64,000 bases of DNA from Curvularia clavata (taxonomy: Eukaryota), in contig CP089281.1 in NCBI GenBank assembly GCA_023920165.1, forward strand, positions 992,001 to 1,056,000, written 5' to 3'. The notes under the pieces were generated by a model. That model did no database searches. It was not told the origin of the DNA and saw only the letters and a list, made by a program, of their open reading frames with translations. Within the stretch, counting starts at the first letter, position 1. Every line of letters starts with the position of its first letter. Shown here one piece after another: positions 1-12,505 of this stretch. A program made the translations under genes and the position numbers.

Positions 1-738
1 CGAAGCAGGTACTATGGTAGCGAATGACGTTCGTGAAAGCAATCGGGCGGTGGTCTTTGGAGGCCAGCCGGAGGATCAAGACAAAAGCAAAAAGCGAGCC
101 CCTTTGCGAGAAGTATAGTCCTCAGGTGAAGCACTAGTGACAGCAGTCATCTGATGCGAGGCTGGCCGTTGGAGCTAAACCATGCAATCGACGGGGTGAT
201 GCCGGGGCCGGAGTAATCAATGCTCCACCGTGACGCTGATCCGCGCTAAGCGAACCCTCCCGCCTGGCTATGACGGCATCTGCCGGCATGGCATTGCCCC
301 CGTCCTATGTAGCTCCCAACGACGCAGCGCCCCCAGCATACATACACCAAGTGCGGTAATAAACAGGAAGGTCTCAGCACGCTACAGGAACTGTCGGTGA
401 GTTGTTGACCATTCTAAGCGGCATGGCGGCCAGTCAGCGAAGGCGGGGTCGAGATTGCCGAACCCTGTCGTAGAACCGCACATGTAGAGTTTCTATCATA
501 CTTTAATTAGAAACGCGAAGTTTAAGATAGCTAAGCGTTGCTATGAATTCAGTCGCCTAGCTGGCGCAAATTCATTGACCCAGAAGTGGCTGCGAACACG
601 AACTGACGTGGGTTACACAGAATGTGCAGCACTTGCGCTGGTCTGCCACATCACCAATATTTGAACAGTCCCCGAGATTTGTATTCGGACAGATAGAACT
701 CGTGGCCAAGAAAGGATAAACCCGACATTTCCGCCGCC

Positions 739-1251
739 ATGTCGACAACGGAACCCCAGTCCTACACCCCTGACATCCCCTCGGAGCCTGTCGTCAAGAC
801 CACAGATAACATCCATGTAGAGCTCACTCCACACGAATTGGACTCGCTCTCCGCTACACGCTTCGTTCGATCTCCATCTGCAGGTGCGACTGTACTCTTC
901 ATAGGCACAACGCGCGATTCCTTTAACGATCAGCCTGTGTCTTCGTTGTCCTACACATCATACGCGCCCCTGGCAATATCAACCCTTTTCAAGATTGCTA
1001 CTTCCATACTTGCTAAGCACTCTTGTACCAAGATTGCTATTATCCATAAACTAGGCGAATGCCCGATCGGTGAGGAGAGTATTGTAATTGCTGTCTCAGC
1101 ACCACACAGACAAGCGGCTTGGAGGGCAGGCGAAGAGGCGCTTGAAGAGACCAAGGACAAGGCAGAGATATGGAAGCTGGAGAGATTTGAGGGAGGAGAA
1201 GGAGTTTGGAGAGCAAATCGAGATGGCCAGAAAGGAGTAAAAGTGGGCTAA
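739..1251 (+). CDS. cnxH: Molybdopterin synthase catalytic (large) subunit, MoaE/MOCS2B family
   Basis: Intronless 170 aa ORF with MoaE motifs GATVLFIGTTRD, HKLGECPIGEESIVIAVSAPHR and KAEIWKLE. Confidence 0.95.
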   Translation: MSTTEPQSYTPDIPSEPVVKTTDNIHVELTPHELDSLSATRFVRSPSAGATVLFIGTTRDSFNDQPVSSLSYTSYAPLAISTLFKIATSILAKHSCTKIAIIHKLGECPIGEESIVIAVSAPHRQAAWRAGEEALEETKDKAEIWKLERFEGGEGVWRANRDGQKGVKVG

Positions 1252-1540
1252 GATGGTTGTATTCGTACTATTTGCAGACAAGAAGACTTCTCTAGATGTA
1301 CAGTACAAGCTTTCATTATAGAAGAGTCTTCGCATGTAAGAAATGTTTGCGAAACCTGTGAAATGAGAATCACACTTGTATACAACCCAACCCTAAATGG
1401 CACAGTTCCCCTCCCCGGCGTTACCGGAGATAACCGACATTCCGTCATAGCCCTATCGGACCACCAACATTGCGATTGTGACGCGGCGCCTTCACGAATC
1501 ATGATGCCCTAAGATCGAGCAACGCCAAACCTACGTGATC

Positions 1541-3477
1541 ATGGGTCAAGGAGAATCTCATGAGCCGCACCAGCTCACACTGGGTATGTATCCGCAGAAC
1601 CCCAGCCCTTTAGTTCAGTTCACATTTGGGACGTTGCAGCCTAACACCAGCCAGAGCAGCTATCACATATGATCGCCGAGCGATTCGCCCAAAAAAGCTT
1701 CACGCCCCTCGAACTCTACTGCTTCAACTCTGTATTTCGCTCGCTGGCCGACATTCAATCCGGGGTACATTACTGGAGCGAGACCACACTATGCCGCTTC
1801 CTAGAGCTTCCCGACGCGCTAGGCGTGGGCTCGGTCATCTTCCAAATGGCAAGTTATCTTGGAGCGTTCCCGCTGCCGAGCCAAGCTCCAGCCATTTTGA
1901 CGCACGATGCGCTACTCAAGGTTGTGACGATATTGACAGAGCGGTATGGAACCGTGGTGAAGAAGAGGGGAAAGGAAATTTGGCTGAGGGAGATATATCG
2001 CAGTTTGGCAATCTACGATAAGGGGATACGGTCCAGCGTCGAGGAGAAGGAGAAGGAGGAGGAGACGGCGAAAAAAGCAGAGAACCCCAGTGTCGGCAAG
2101 TTGGGATTTGCGATTGATGCGCCGGAAGAAGGGGAAGAGGGCGAAGACGAAGAGGACGACGAGTTGGTGTTGGCAGCACTAGAGTCCATGGATGCACTTG
2201 ATGCATTCAAGCACGGGGAGCAGGCAAATGTGCACCACTCCATCATACCGACGGACAACTTCTTGAAGTTAGTCGAACTGATGTTGCTCATTGCACCTAT
2301 AGATGCGCAGCAGAGCCTCTCGAGTCTGGCACCAGATCTATCAGACAGCAGAGTGGAAGAACTTCGACAGGCTGCGCATACTATACTTTCGTCTTTCGGC
2401 GTGGAAAGTCAACCAGGCGTCACATATCGCACTTTCAACACCGTCGTATCCACTTGCTTGCCCTACCTCTTCAATGGTCTCAATCCACTATTTGAGCACT
2501 TCCTTTTCGCAAAAGACTTTGATCTTTCTAGGCGCAAGTCGGGCTCAGAGTCGCCAACTCAAGAGAAGAAGCCCGTCATACCACCACCAAAAGCAGAACT
2601 GGAACCGATCCTGCGAGAATCAGGCGAGATTCTGGATCTGACCATTTTGAGCCAGCTATCATTCTTCATCAAAGGCAGTAATCTCTTCCGGCGATTACGG
2701 CCTCTCTATAGCGGTAATACTCATGGTTTCAGCATGGGCTCATTCGAGAAGCAAGTTTTCAACTGGCGTGCTCCCACCGTTCTACTCGTAAAAGGCCGTC
2801 TGCTGTCTGTGACTCCGTCTAGCACACGCGAGCGCGCACTAAAAGACATGCTTCCACCTAAGCGCCTCCCAGACAGCATTACCTCTGACTCACCAGACCA
2901 AACACTGATTTACGGCGCATACATACCTTCTCAATGGAAACACACAGGCAAAACTTGCTTCGGCGACTCTTCAACACAGCTCTTCCAACTCTCACCTACA
3001 CACGATGTCTTCGCCGCATCACCATACAGCTCAGATTACGTCTACTTCAATAAATCACCAACAGCTCCTGCTGGAATCGGTCTTGGAACTGCTGTTCCTG
3101 TCCAATCTGCCTCGTCATCGCACTCATCGCACACAGTTTTCCGCCCAGGCTCTGTGTCCCTACATCTTGATGATGCCCTTGAATTTGGTATCTTCACTCA
3201 CATGGCCGAGGGTGGCGGCTCGTTCCGTCCATCCAAGCTCCCAACGAGAAAGGGCAAGAGTTGGCAGGATCGATTTGAGATTGAAAGTCTGGAGGTTTGG
3301 GGTTGTGGTGGGGACGAAATAGCGGAGCAGCAGAGGAAGGAATGGGCGTGGCAAGAGAGAGAGGCAGAGGCCAGGAGGAGGATCAATTTGGGAACGGGCG
3401 ATCAGGAGTTGGACAGGGAATTGTTGAGAATGGCAGGGATTATTGGGGGAGAAAGGAGTGGCGGAAGTATGGGATAA
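1541..3477 (+). CDS. RTC5: TLDc-domain protein Rtc5 (restriction of telomere capping 5)
   Basis: Exon 1 1541-1583 ([14 protein letters not shown], myristoylation-type N-terminus). Intron 1584-1654 (GTATGT..CTAAC..CAG) joins in frame to the 602 aa ORF. C-terminal TLDc signatures [26 protein letters not shown] and [13 protein letters not shown]. Confidence 0.9.
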
Positions 3478-3798
3478 GAGGCCCGTACTCGGACTGAGGA
3501 TGGAGTTACACTGTAATGATACAGACTGCAGAGCAGGGTTCGCTGGAAAGTAGTCTTTGCAGAGAATGATCAAGACTGTATTTTCAGTCAATTCTTCCCA
3601 AGGCATCCTGTATGCAGTAGCTGAGTGGTCCGTCCATTTGATACTGACACCGGCTCCAAAACGCCTGTGATGCTTCTTACGCATACGTATCGTACAGCAT
3701 TCTTCATTTCATAACCCCTCCTCCTCCGTCCTCAAGAATTTCATATTGCATCTCCCTATTCCTCATCTTGCCTCTATTCCTACTCATCCAACAACCGC

Positions 3799-4194
3799 TC
3801 ATCCTTGCCTAGCACACATCGTTAGCCACAATCCCATACCAAATACTCGCCAAACTCACCTCTGCTTATGCTTTGGGTTCTTCGAACAAATAATATACAC
3901 ATATCGTCCCTTCTTCCTCCTCACGCTCTTGCACCCATCACACAGTTTCTTGACCGAACTCCGCACTTTCATGCCGCGCGTTTGTATCCTGCTGCCGCTG
4001 GTGTTTCGTACAGCCAGGCCATTGAAGCTCGAGACAAGGTCCCGGATGCTGGTATTATTTGACCGGAAAGATGCGAGTGTGGGGCGCAGGCAGCCGCAGG
4101 TCGGGGTATGGATGTGCTGGGTGCGGGTGCGGAGGACGGTCTGGCGGACGGGAAGCGCTCGGCGCAGGGGGAGTGTCAGAGCGCGAGACAACAT
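3799..4194 (-). CDS. RTC6: Mitochondrial ribosomal protein bL36m
   Basis: Arg-rich presequence followed by the L36 core [38 protein letters not shown]. Intron 3859-3809 (GTGAG..GCTAAC..TAG) completes the canonical KHKQRQG* end. Confidence 0.93.
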
Positions 4195-4694
4195 TTTTGG
4201 ATCTGGCTTGACGAATTGAGGTTTGGAAGTGGTGGAAGCCCCCGCGGGTAGTGGTTGAGGCGTGCAATATGCGTGGGCGGTGGCTTGTTGCGGCCGCTCG
4301 TGGTGTTCATGTTGGAGTTCGCCGCATCGCGGAAAATCTATGCCAAGACGCTAGTGTGGGCGTGGGTGTGGTCAGTGGTGAGGAGCATACACTTTACAAC
4401 TTTTTGGTTTGAAAACTTGGTGTCTTTGACCTTAGATTTTGATAAAAAAACTTCACTTCTATTGCTTTCCAAATGCGTGAGTTCTGCGGGATGACTGACC
4501 ACAGCATTCATCAATCTCAACCAATTCGCACTAACTATTCATTCTCATATCACTGAATCCTCATCTGCATCATATCAATTGAAACGTTAGATACGTGGCC
4601 ACTCACAGGTATAAATCTCACTAAAACTCGCACCTGGCCTTTGTGGAGCAAAGCATACCGACTCGTCAATTTTGCCTCATCTTAACCATCCCAC

Positions 4695-6184
4695 TCAGGA
4701 AGCCTTCTTAACGACCGCCAACTTTGATCTCACAGGAACATTATGCTCGGCATCATCTGTGTTCGGGAACCCCTCCAACTTCACGCCCTTCCTGAAGAGT
4801 ATACAGTGCGTGCTCCCACCATAATGAAACATTCCAAGTTGATCGCCCCTCGTCAAGTGGTCACCCTCCTGTACTGTCATTTCGCAAGTTGAGACCTGGA
4901 AAAGGATTGATTAACATCTTTCCCACATCAAGACTCGGGGTATGGAGAACTCACCTCTGTCATGCCAATACCCATGAAGCACACCAGGCCGAGGTCCGGG
5001 TTATCGGCTTGAATGAATATGATTGCTCGTGTGGCGGTCGCAGTAAGGTACCCTTGGCCTGTCTTCTCACCATCCTCACTGATACCGTCTGAGTTGTATG
5101 GATCACCGAGACCTTCGAATAGCGGCTCGGAAAAATATGTCCCCTCGACGAGGTAGGCCTTCTTTACTGTACCACTGACTGGAGAGTGCCATCTGTGATA
5201 GCTGAGCGCGGAAAGGAAGGCTTGGTAAATGGTACCACCAATAAACTCCTCATGCAGCGGATCCATAGCCAGCATGTCCATAAGCGAATAGGGCTGGCCC
5301 TTCATCCAGAAGCGATCCCGCTGTGCTATGTTGTGGCTGACCCTATACGGCTTCGACTCACAAGCGTTAGAGATGACACTGTCGTCATCTGGATCAGCAA
5401 CAGGTCGTTTGTCCTCGCGGAAACGGCGAGTAAAAAATTCATCCCAGGACTTGAAACCGTAGTGCTTTTTTTCGGGATCGCATTCGAAAAGTTCATGGAA
5501 CTTGTAAGAGCTTTGGCCCACGTTGGCTGTCAACTCGAGATCGTGAGCACCATGCTCACTGAGCCAGCTGATCTTGTCATTGCTTAGTACATATGCTGAT
5601 TCCGGTGAGGCGAGGTATTCAGCCCATGCGTTGAGCACTTTCTTCATCATCTTGTTGACTTCCGGGTCCAAGAAAAAAGCGAACCCAGACGGCGTACCCT
5701 AGAGAGAAAGGTCAATACCTAGGCATGGTTTCAACAAACAGTGTCCTTGGCGATATTTACGTACCATTGGCCAGTCTAGGATAGCATTAAACGGGGTCCC
5801 AACCACCCCGACTGAATAATCATGGTCACTCCACTCGGGCGCGGTAGTGAGAATATGGTTGAAAAGTTCCAGCATATGATGATAATCGCGAACCTGCTTA
5901 TGTCCACTTGGATCATTCCTGTATGGCTTCTTGGTTGGTATTTCCTCAAACATGGAGTTGACGAGGATGTAGATGCGCGTGTTGTTCTCGATCAAATCCT
6001 TGAACTCCTGGAGAACGGGATGGAGTTCCTTCGGATTGCTTTCCACGCGGTCGATGATACCTGAGAGCCATTTCTTATGCACACGATGATCTGAAGGTAG
6101 CCAGGAGCCGGCGCGGTGCATGTGGTGCTCTTGCGGCACATTTTTGGCGTTTTCCTGATGACACTTGTTCTTATGAGGAGACAT
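4695..6184 (-). CDS. Phosphatidylserine decarboxylase family protein, PsiD-like subgroup
   Basis: Three exons (6184-5765, 5698-4955, 4895-4695) join in frame. Motifs VGTPFNAILDWPMGT, FKSWDEFFTR, YQAFLSALSYHRWHSPV and the pyruvoyl self-cleavage site GMFHYGGSTHC. Confidence 0.9.
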
Positions 6185-7356
6185 AATTGTGGATATTGGG
6201 ATAGAGATTAGAAGACTTCTTGGCACAATGTTGATCTTCTCATGGGGTAGGCTTCAAAGCATTATATGTTTACACTTGACTGATGGCGTCGTTCATACGT
6301 CATTGCTACGAAGCAATTCGGTAAGCAAGAATATAAGGGAAACCCTTTGTTCAGGTGATTGCACGGCATACAAATCCCAGAACGCTAGTAGAATTGTGCT
6401 GAGAAGCACCAGGGTTAGCGGAGATTTGGGAGAGGGGTTGGGTTGGGCTGCTGCTTCGAACCTCACCGGTTTGAAGCACCCTCCTGCACTCAGGCATAGC
6501 CGTGTGCCGACACTGCATTCCGATCGGCAATCCGTCTATAGTCATGGTAGATGCGATCTCCGAATCCGATAGCCATCTTCGTGCTATCAACGGTTGCACT
6601 AGCCATGTTGAGAACTTGACTTGATTATCATTCACACGATGCTCCAGACGCTGTGAGATTTGTGCGACCACACCACTTGCTCTTAGACCTTGCAACTGGC
6701 CATCTCTATGCTACCAACAGCTGTAATGGCAGACCAAAACTTCTCCACGTATACTTATTCATTATATTGTTTCCCACCTGTGATATAAACCTGCGTCAAC
6801 TGGGACTCTGTTGGGATACGCAAGATGATACCAGACATCGTGAAATATTTGGACGACTGTACTCTCCTGTTACTAATTATTGGCCAATTTGAGATTCCTA
6901 ACATGCGTTTTACACACTGGCAAAGACCTCAGCATTATGAATTCCAGTCACGATCTTCTTCGCTAGCACCAAGAGCCAATCAATCAGAGATCCCCAATGA
7001 GGTTTCAGTCCTCGCTGCTTTGATAATTCCTTGCTCGAAAGTTTCCAAGCCTCATGTACTTCTCCACCAAAAAAACGTGATTCACGGCAGGGACAGTCGA
7101 AGTTGAAAACATTATACAAATTCCAGATATGCACTGATATTCTAGGTTGGTGAAAAACAATCATTTGACAGTATGAGAAACACTACGCGAGAGCTTCAAA
7201 CCCCGGGACGCTTATACTAGTTCCATAAACGCCTGTAATCATATCTCTATATGTACTCACCCTCCTCTCCAGCTATCCTTCTCAGCTGTAATCCACGCCC
7301 CTAACATCGCGCTCTTTATCAATCTGATTTGCAGGAGGAGCACTGGATCGTTCTAA

Positions 7357-7695
7357 TCAAGGCTTCTGCGCCTCCTCGGTTCCAGGAGAGACACCGTCTC
7401 GTCCTGGCTTAGGCACAAACGTCTCCTCGTACGAGGGAGGGGCGCTGTCTTGTACAGGTTGGATCGCGGATGCAGGGCGGGCCCTTGGTGGACCGACGTC
7501 AAGATATGCAGCCTCGCGCATAGCTCGCTTGGTCCAAAAGAACATGCAAATTAAATAGGCGATGGTTAATAAACCCAGAAAGATGCCGACGCCTATAGCT
7601 GCAGGAGCCCAATCGGACACTTTGAGATGTAAACGGCGTAAACCGCGGGGCTCAAGGCAGAATGACTCACAGGTCTGGCAGCAGCAAGGGGCCAT
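7357..7695 (-). CDS. Small single-pass membrane protein with PPxY motif (hypothetical)
   Basis: 112 aa ORF with a good start context (ACCATGG), Cys-rich N-terminus, one hydrophobic helix followed by basic residues, and APPSYEE. Confidence 0.6.
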   Translation of the reverse strand: MAPCCCQTCESFCLEPRGLRRLHLKVSDWAPAAIGVGIFLGLLTIAYLICMFFWTKRAMREAAYLDVGPPRARPASAIQPVQDSAPPSYEETFVPKPGRDGVSPGTEEAQKP

Positions 7696-8097
7696 GGTTG
7701 TTTCTGGGGTTGGAAAGGAGGTTGGTGAGTAGGAGTTAGTGAATCGAGAGTTCGTGAGTTCAATGTTGGTGAGTTGACGGTCTGTGAATTTGGAATTGTT
7801 GATTGGGAGTTGATGTGAAAAACGAGGTATGCGTGAAGTGAGAGTATTCGTAAGATTCCAAAGCCAGACGTTGTATCAACACGTTATGCGAGGTGTGACA
7901 ACACCGTGCTCGTTCACAATATCGTAGCTGTGGCAGGTTTGCAACCCAGACACTGTTCTCCAAAACACAATGGGCTTGTACCAAACAATGCTAAGTAGCA
8001 ATCTGCGTCTTTTGGCGACATGCGGTGTATAGTTTTTGGTATCTTGAGTGATGTTACATGTTATTGAAACACAATCATAGTGTACATCCGTTGCAAC

Positions 8098-9111
8098 TCA
8101 ACCCCATCCCCACAGCGTCTTGATGGTATCGCCAAAAGTCGCTTGGCCAGCTTCTCTCCTCTTCATACGAGCCACTCGTTCCTCAATAAATGTCTGTTCT
8201 AACTGCTTCGCAACACCATTCTGAGCCCTCAGCTCGCCCACGACGGCCAGTCTCTCAATCTCTCGCTCCTCTGGTGTTAGATTTTCAAGCTTCTTCTCGT
8301 ATTCTTTCCGTGCTTCTGGTTTGATCTGCGCCCAAATGTCGCTCTCATCTGCACTATTCAGATTTCCAATCTCAACTGCCTGAGCGGTCCTGGTATTTTG
8401 AGACACACCACCCATTGCCTGCGAAACGTTGCGCTTGGATAAGACGCTCTCGAATTTTGGAATCGGCCGGCCTTCCGCTTTTGCCTTTTCTATCTCAGCC
8501 TCTTGCTGGAGCATACGCTGGTACAGCTTATCAGCGTGCATTTGTATCCTTTCATCCTCCTCGGGGGTGCGTGCATCCATGGTCATGTAGCCAAGGGCTT
8601 TTAGGAACTTGGACTGCATATCGTAGCAGCGATTGAACTTGCGCGACTCAGCATTGCACATTGTGCCCTGGGACCACCACGTCTTGGGATTTCGGAAGCA
8701 CTCGAATTGCTCCATATATTCTAAGGCACAGTTTTCCATTGCGATTCGGCCAATGGAGGCTTTGCGGTCGTTGTAAGCATCGACTAAGTCTCGTAGTCGG
8801 TCTTGCTCAGACTTTCCGCGGTTGTCGAGGACTTCTTGGGGCGTATAGTTTTTCCAAAGATGAGCGTAGCGGCCATCCTGGAACTGAGATTGTGGGGGGA
8901 CCCATGGCTTCTGGTCTTCGGTCTGTTCTTGCGGTTGCGACGGGGTGGATGTGGATGTGGGCGTTTGTGCTTCGACGGGCTTTTCTTTGGGTGCAGATGG
9001 CAATGCAGGTTTTGGGCCTGTGGGGGCTTCTTTGGTGAGGAATTCACGGAGAGAGGGATCTAGCTGGTCTTTGCCGCTCGGTCTGTTGTTACTGCCCCAT
9101 AACCAGCCCAT
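8098..9111 (-). CDS. Conserved-looking fungal protein with twin CX9C motif and helical C-terminus
   Basis: Intronless 337 aa ORF starting MGWLWGS; contains C-ALEYMEQFE-C and C-NAESRKFNR-C. Confidence 0.8.
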   Translation of the reverse strand: MGWLWGSNNRPSGKDQLDPSLREFLTKEAPTGPKPALPSAPKEKPVEAQTPTSTSTPSQPQEQTEDQKPWVPPQSQFQDGRYAHLWKNYTPQEVLDNRGKSEQDRLRDLVDAYNDRKASIGRIAMENCALEYMEQFECFRNPKTWWSQGTMCNAESRKFNRCYDMQSKFLKALGYMTMDARTPEEDERIQMHADKLYQRMLQQEAEIEKAKAEGRPIPKFESVLSKRNVSQAMGGVSQNTRTAQAVEIGNLNSADESDIWAQIKPEARKEYEKKLENLTPEEREIERLAVVGELRAQNGVAKQLEQTFIEERVARMKRREAGQATFGDTIKTLWGWG

Positions 9112-9288
9112 GTTGTGCTGTTGGTTGTGTTGCGAGACGTGGGCGGCGAGTGGAATTATTATTGCGGGGATGAGGGCGGAAGTCCGGGCGCTGGATCTAG
9201 GATGGCCGGCGCGTCATCCCTCAACTCTGCAACACGACTACGCGACCACGACAGGTCCGCACCCTGAATTGCTACCACCTCCATCGTT

Positions 9289-11482
9289 ATGGCGCCAGTC
9301 GGTAGGCATTAGCTGAGCCCTGTTAACTCCTCGAATTTCAGGCTGAGAAATTCACAGATCGCCGAGAGCATCGACAACAGCGCGTGCGTGGTGCTGGGTA
9401 AGTGAGGGCGTGCAGCCTGTGTACTCCAATGCTAACACGCACAGCCCTTCGTCAGTACAGGCGTCTTTCGGTTTCAATTTTGGCGCCCTCGGTGCGCCTG
9501 CCGCCAAACAATCTTCACTTGTCCCTCCACCATCCGCTCGCCGAACACCGGTCCACAGTACGCCGCGGGGCGCAAATGGATCAGCACAGCGACGTAGAAG
9601 CGCGTCGCTTCAGCGCAGCGGTACATCCAGACGTACGAGCACGCCAAAAGAGAAGACGGTGACCCCACAGCTAGGCAAGAGAAAGCGGGGCTCGCCAACT
9701 GCACAACCAGACCCAGTCGAGGAGGGAGAGGATGAACTGAGCCCAAACAAAGAGGATGTTGCGCGCTCAGTCGAGAAGACCAAGAGAGTAGTGGGAACCG
9801 TATCTCCCATACGCGAAGAGCAGGACAACGGGCCAGATGAACTCTCCGTGTTGGACGAGGGCGCCAGCAGTGTGCGCGAGACTGTATTTGCCAGATCTAC
9901 TGTGATGAAAAGGACACCACCTCAAGTAGCGACACAGCAGCGGACGCCCTTGGGTAGCGCGACACGAAAGACACCAGCCACGGCTACAAATGGAGGCTCA
10001 TCGGCTAGGACACGGCGCTCGATTTCAAGACGATCCAAGTCAACCGACCCTATTCCTGCGACTCCCAGTCTTCTTCCAAATGGGACAACAAAACCCACAT
10101 CTGCTTCTCGAACTGATGTCAACCTCAATACACCAGTTGCGGCACTGGCCGAAGTGGAAAGTGAAGATGAGCTGTCGCCCCAAGTGCCCGTAGCTACGCC
10201 GCGCGTGATTGGGAATGAAATGCAGCCACAACAGACGCCACAGGAGGAGACGGATATTGCTGTTGACGAGCTGTCACCACATGCGCAGCCAACACCAAGT
10301 CAGACGTCACCAACAGCACCAGCGCCAGCCAAAGTACCAGCAGTGAATGGAGACTCGATAGAGGAAGGCACTACACCACAGCTAGTCAAGCATGGACGAG
10401 GTAGACCGCGACAAGTTGCAGAGCATCATGTTGAAGATGAGACTCCAGCAGTCCCTCTGGCGGAGTCTGTGAAACGTGCGAGACCTCACAAAGAAGCCAG
10501 GGTTCAAGAGAAAGAACCCCAAGAGACGCCAGCCACTCGCAAGCCCAGACAAAAGAAGGGCAAAAAGCCTGTTGTCGAAGCCGCCACTGAAGAAACTGTG
10601 GACGAACTTTCCCCTGCTCGTAGCAAAGCACCTGCACGGCCAACGCTGTCTGAAAGAGAGGAAAACGATGCGGAGGTGTTCAGTGTACATGAAGCATCGG
10701 TCGAAGAAGATACGGAAGAGGAGGAAGCCCCAGAAGAGGAAGCGGAACTAACTCCTCGGTCCATCGCTAATCAAACTTCACCTAAACAAATACAACGCGT
10801 CAAGCCGTCAACAGAAAAACCACCTCGTAAACGTCAAAAACTCCAAGGGCCAACACACACCATCTCAGTGATGCGCATAAAGGGCTCCACGGTTCGGGGC
10901 ATCACGGCAGCAGATATCGCACGCTCCATTTTGGAAGACAGCATCGACCATCGTCTAAAACGTATGGCCGAGAAGCTACACGGCTTGCAAGACTCAGATA
11001 GCCGGAAGGAACTACGAAGCCAAATCAACATCTCGCTCACTTTTAAGGAGAGCTTGAACGAGAAGCTGATGGATTTACAAGATGCCAATGACGTCCTGAG
11101 TGGTAATTTCCAGAAGATGAAACTCTTAAGACGTGCCAACGCCGACTTGCGCAAGGAGATGCTTGCTCTTCAGAACAGTCGACAGGAAATCGCCATGGAA
11201 CAGGACGATGTCCAGACACAATATCACGCTGAGAAAGCCGAGGTTGAGTCTCAGAATACACTTAGCGACGACATGTTTGCTATTGAAGCTGCAATCAAGA
11301 AGGGGCGCGAGAAGGCGCGCAGACAAGGAAGAGAAAACGAGGGACCAGATATACCACTGAGCATGTTGCTAGACAATATAGCCAGAGATGTCGGCTCGCG
11401 TGGTGGTGGGCTTTTGGCTAGCGTCAAAAGCTTCAACGGGCTTCTAGAGCGGGCTGCAGGCTGGCTAGAAGGTAGAGCCTAA
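9289..11482 (+). CDS. AT-hook protein with C-terminal coiled coil, probable inner kinetochore AME1/CENP-U-like subunit
   Basis: Exons 9289-9301, 9358-9397 and 9445-11482 give MAPVDRREHRQQRVRGAGPSSVQASFGFNFG. Long disordered S/T-P-rich region, AT-hook GRGRPR, and a C-terminal coiled coil. The kinetochore assignment is by architecture only. Confidence 0.7.
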
Positions 11483-12505
11483 TGACTTGCAGTAGAACTT
11501 TCTTGATGGGAGTTTGTTTTTGTGTACTTTCGGATACGATACCCGGCATAATCGCCACGCTCGAAATGGAACTTTTGCTCACAGTTGTTTCCAAGGCCTA
11601 TGATTTGACAGTGGCAAGCACAGGTTTCTCATCAACGGAATTAGAACCGCATCGTAGTCGGCCAATAGATGCTGGAGGAGCCCATTTATCCCCAGAATAC
11701 CGGGTTCTAGACCGATCATAATCTGGCTGGGAACTCTACAGACTGCCACCCAGACCACAGACCAAGAAGAGGGCTGCACAAAAGCAATGTGTGCATCGTC
11801 ACTCGTGAAGGATGCACTTGCTATCTGGCCATTGTTATCAGGCGATGGCACGATATCGGTCGTAGCGTAGGAGCAGAGTTGGCATCAGGTGTCGTCCGAG
11901 GTCATCTAATCCAGGTGGCGCGTGCTGTCTGGTTTTGGCGCTAACGGTAGCTGGTGGGGACCATGTATTTGCTTCTCCGCATTTACCCTCGTCATACTAC
12001 ATCTCATTCACGTTCTGCCCAGTTTGCCCGGTAAACAACTAGATGCGAACCCAACCCAGGTTGACGTGCAAACAGAGCATCGATTGACAGCTGACCGCCT
12101 TGTCTTTATTGAGTGGTTCCTACGTCATGAACGCTATACTTTGTTGATGTCACGTGTTGTCCATGTACGTGCTTTACGTTCAGCTACACCCTCGGCACTC
12201 TCGGTTTGCTTGCTTCGTTTGGCTGTCCGTCTCAACCTTCACAAAGCGCTCCCGCAATGCTCGACGTGGTATAGAATTGACTAGAGAACAGCGCAATACA
12301 TACGGCTTCATTTGTTACCGTCTGCGAGCGGTGAAGCAACAAACGCTAATGAACGCGGTTCCCGAAACATTTACCGGGGAGTCTCATCACTGGACCATTT
12401 TCTTTTTAGCAACTGTGGACCAAGGTCTCTCATCAGACTAAATCCGATCTCATCTGATCGATAGCTGCCAACCCTGCTCAACATTGTTTTTAGCCACCTT
12501 TCACC

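Noticed and set aside
1..738. Upstream MOCS2A-type ORF (bicistronic MOCS2 as in animals), or a minus-strand gene starting near 424
   Set aside because: No ubiquitin-like ORF ending in GG is visible, and the ATG near 424 opens only a 16-codon frame.
1541..4194. Adjacent RTC5 and RTC6 homologues suggesting a telomere-capping cluster
   Set aside because: The names come from a yeast genetic screen. One gene encodes a TLDc protein and the other a mitoribosomal protein; nothing indicates a shared function.
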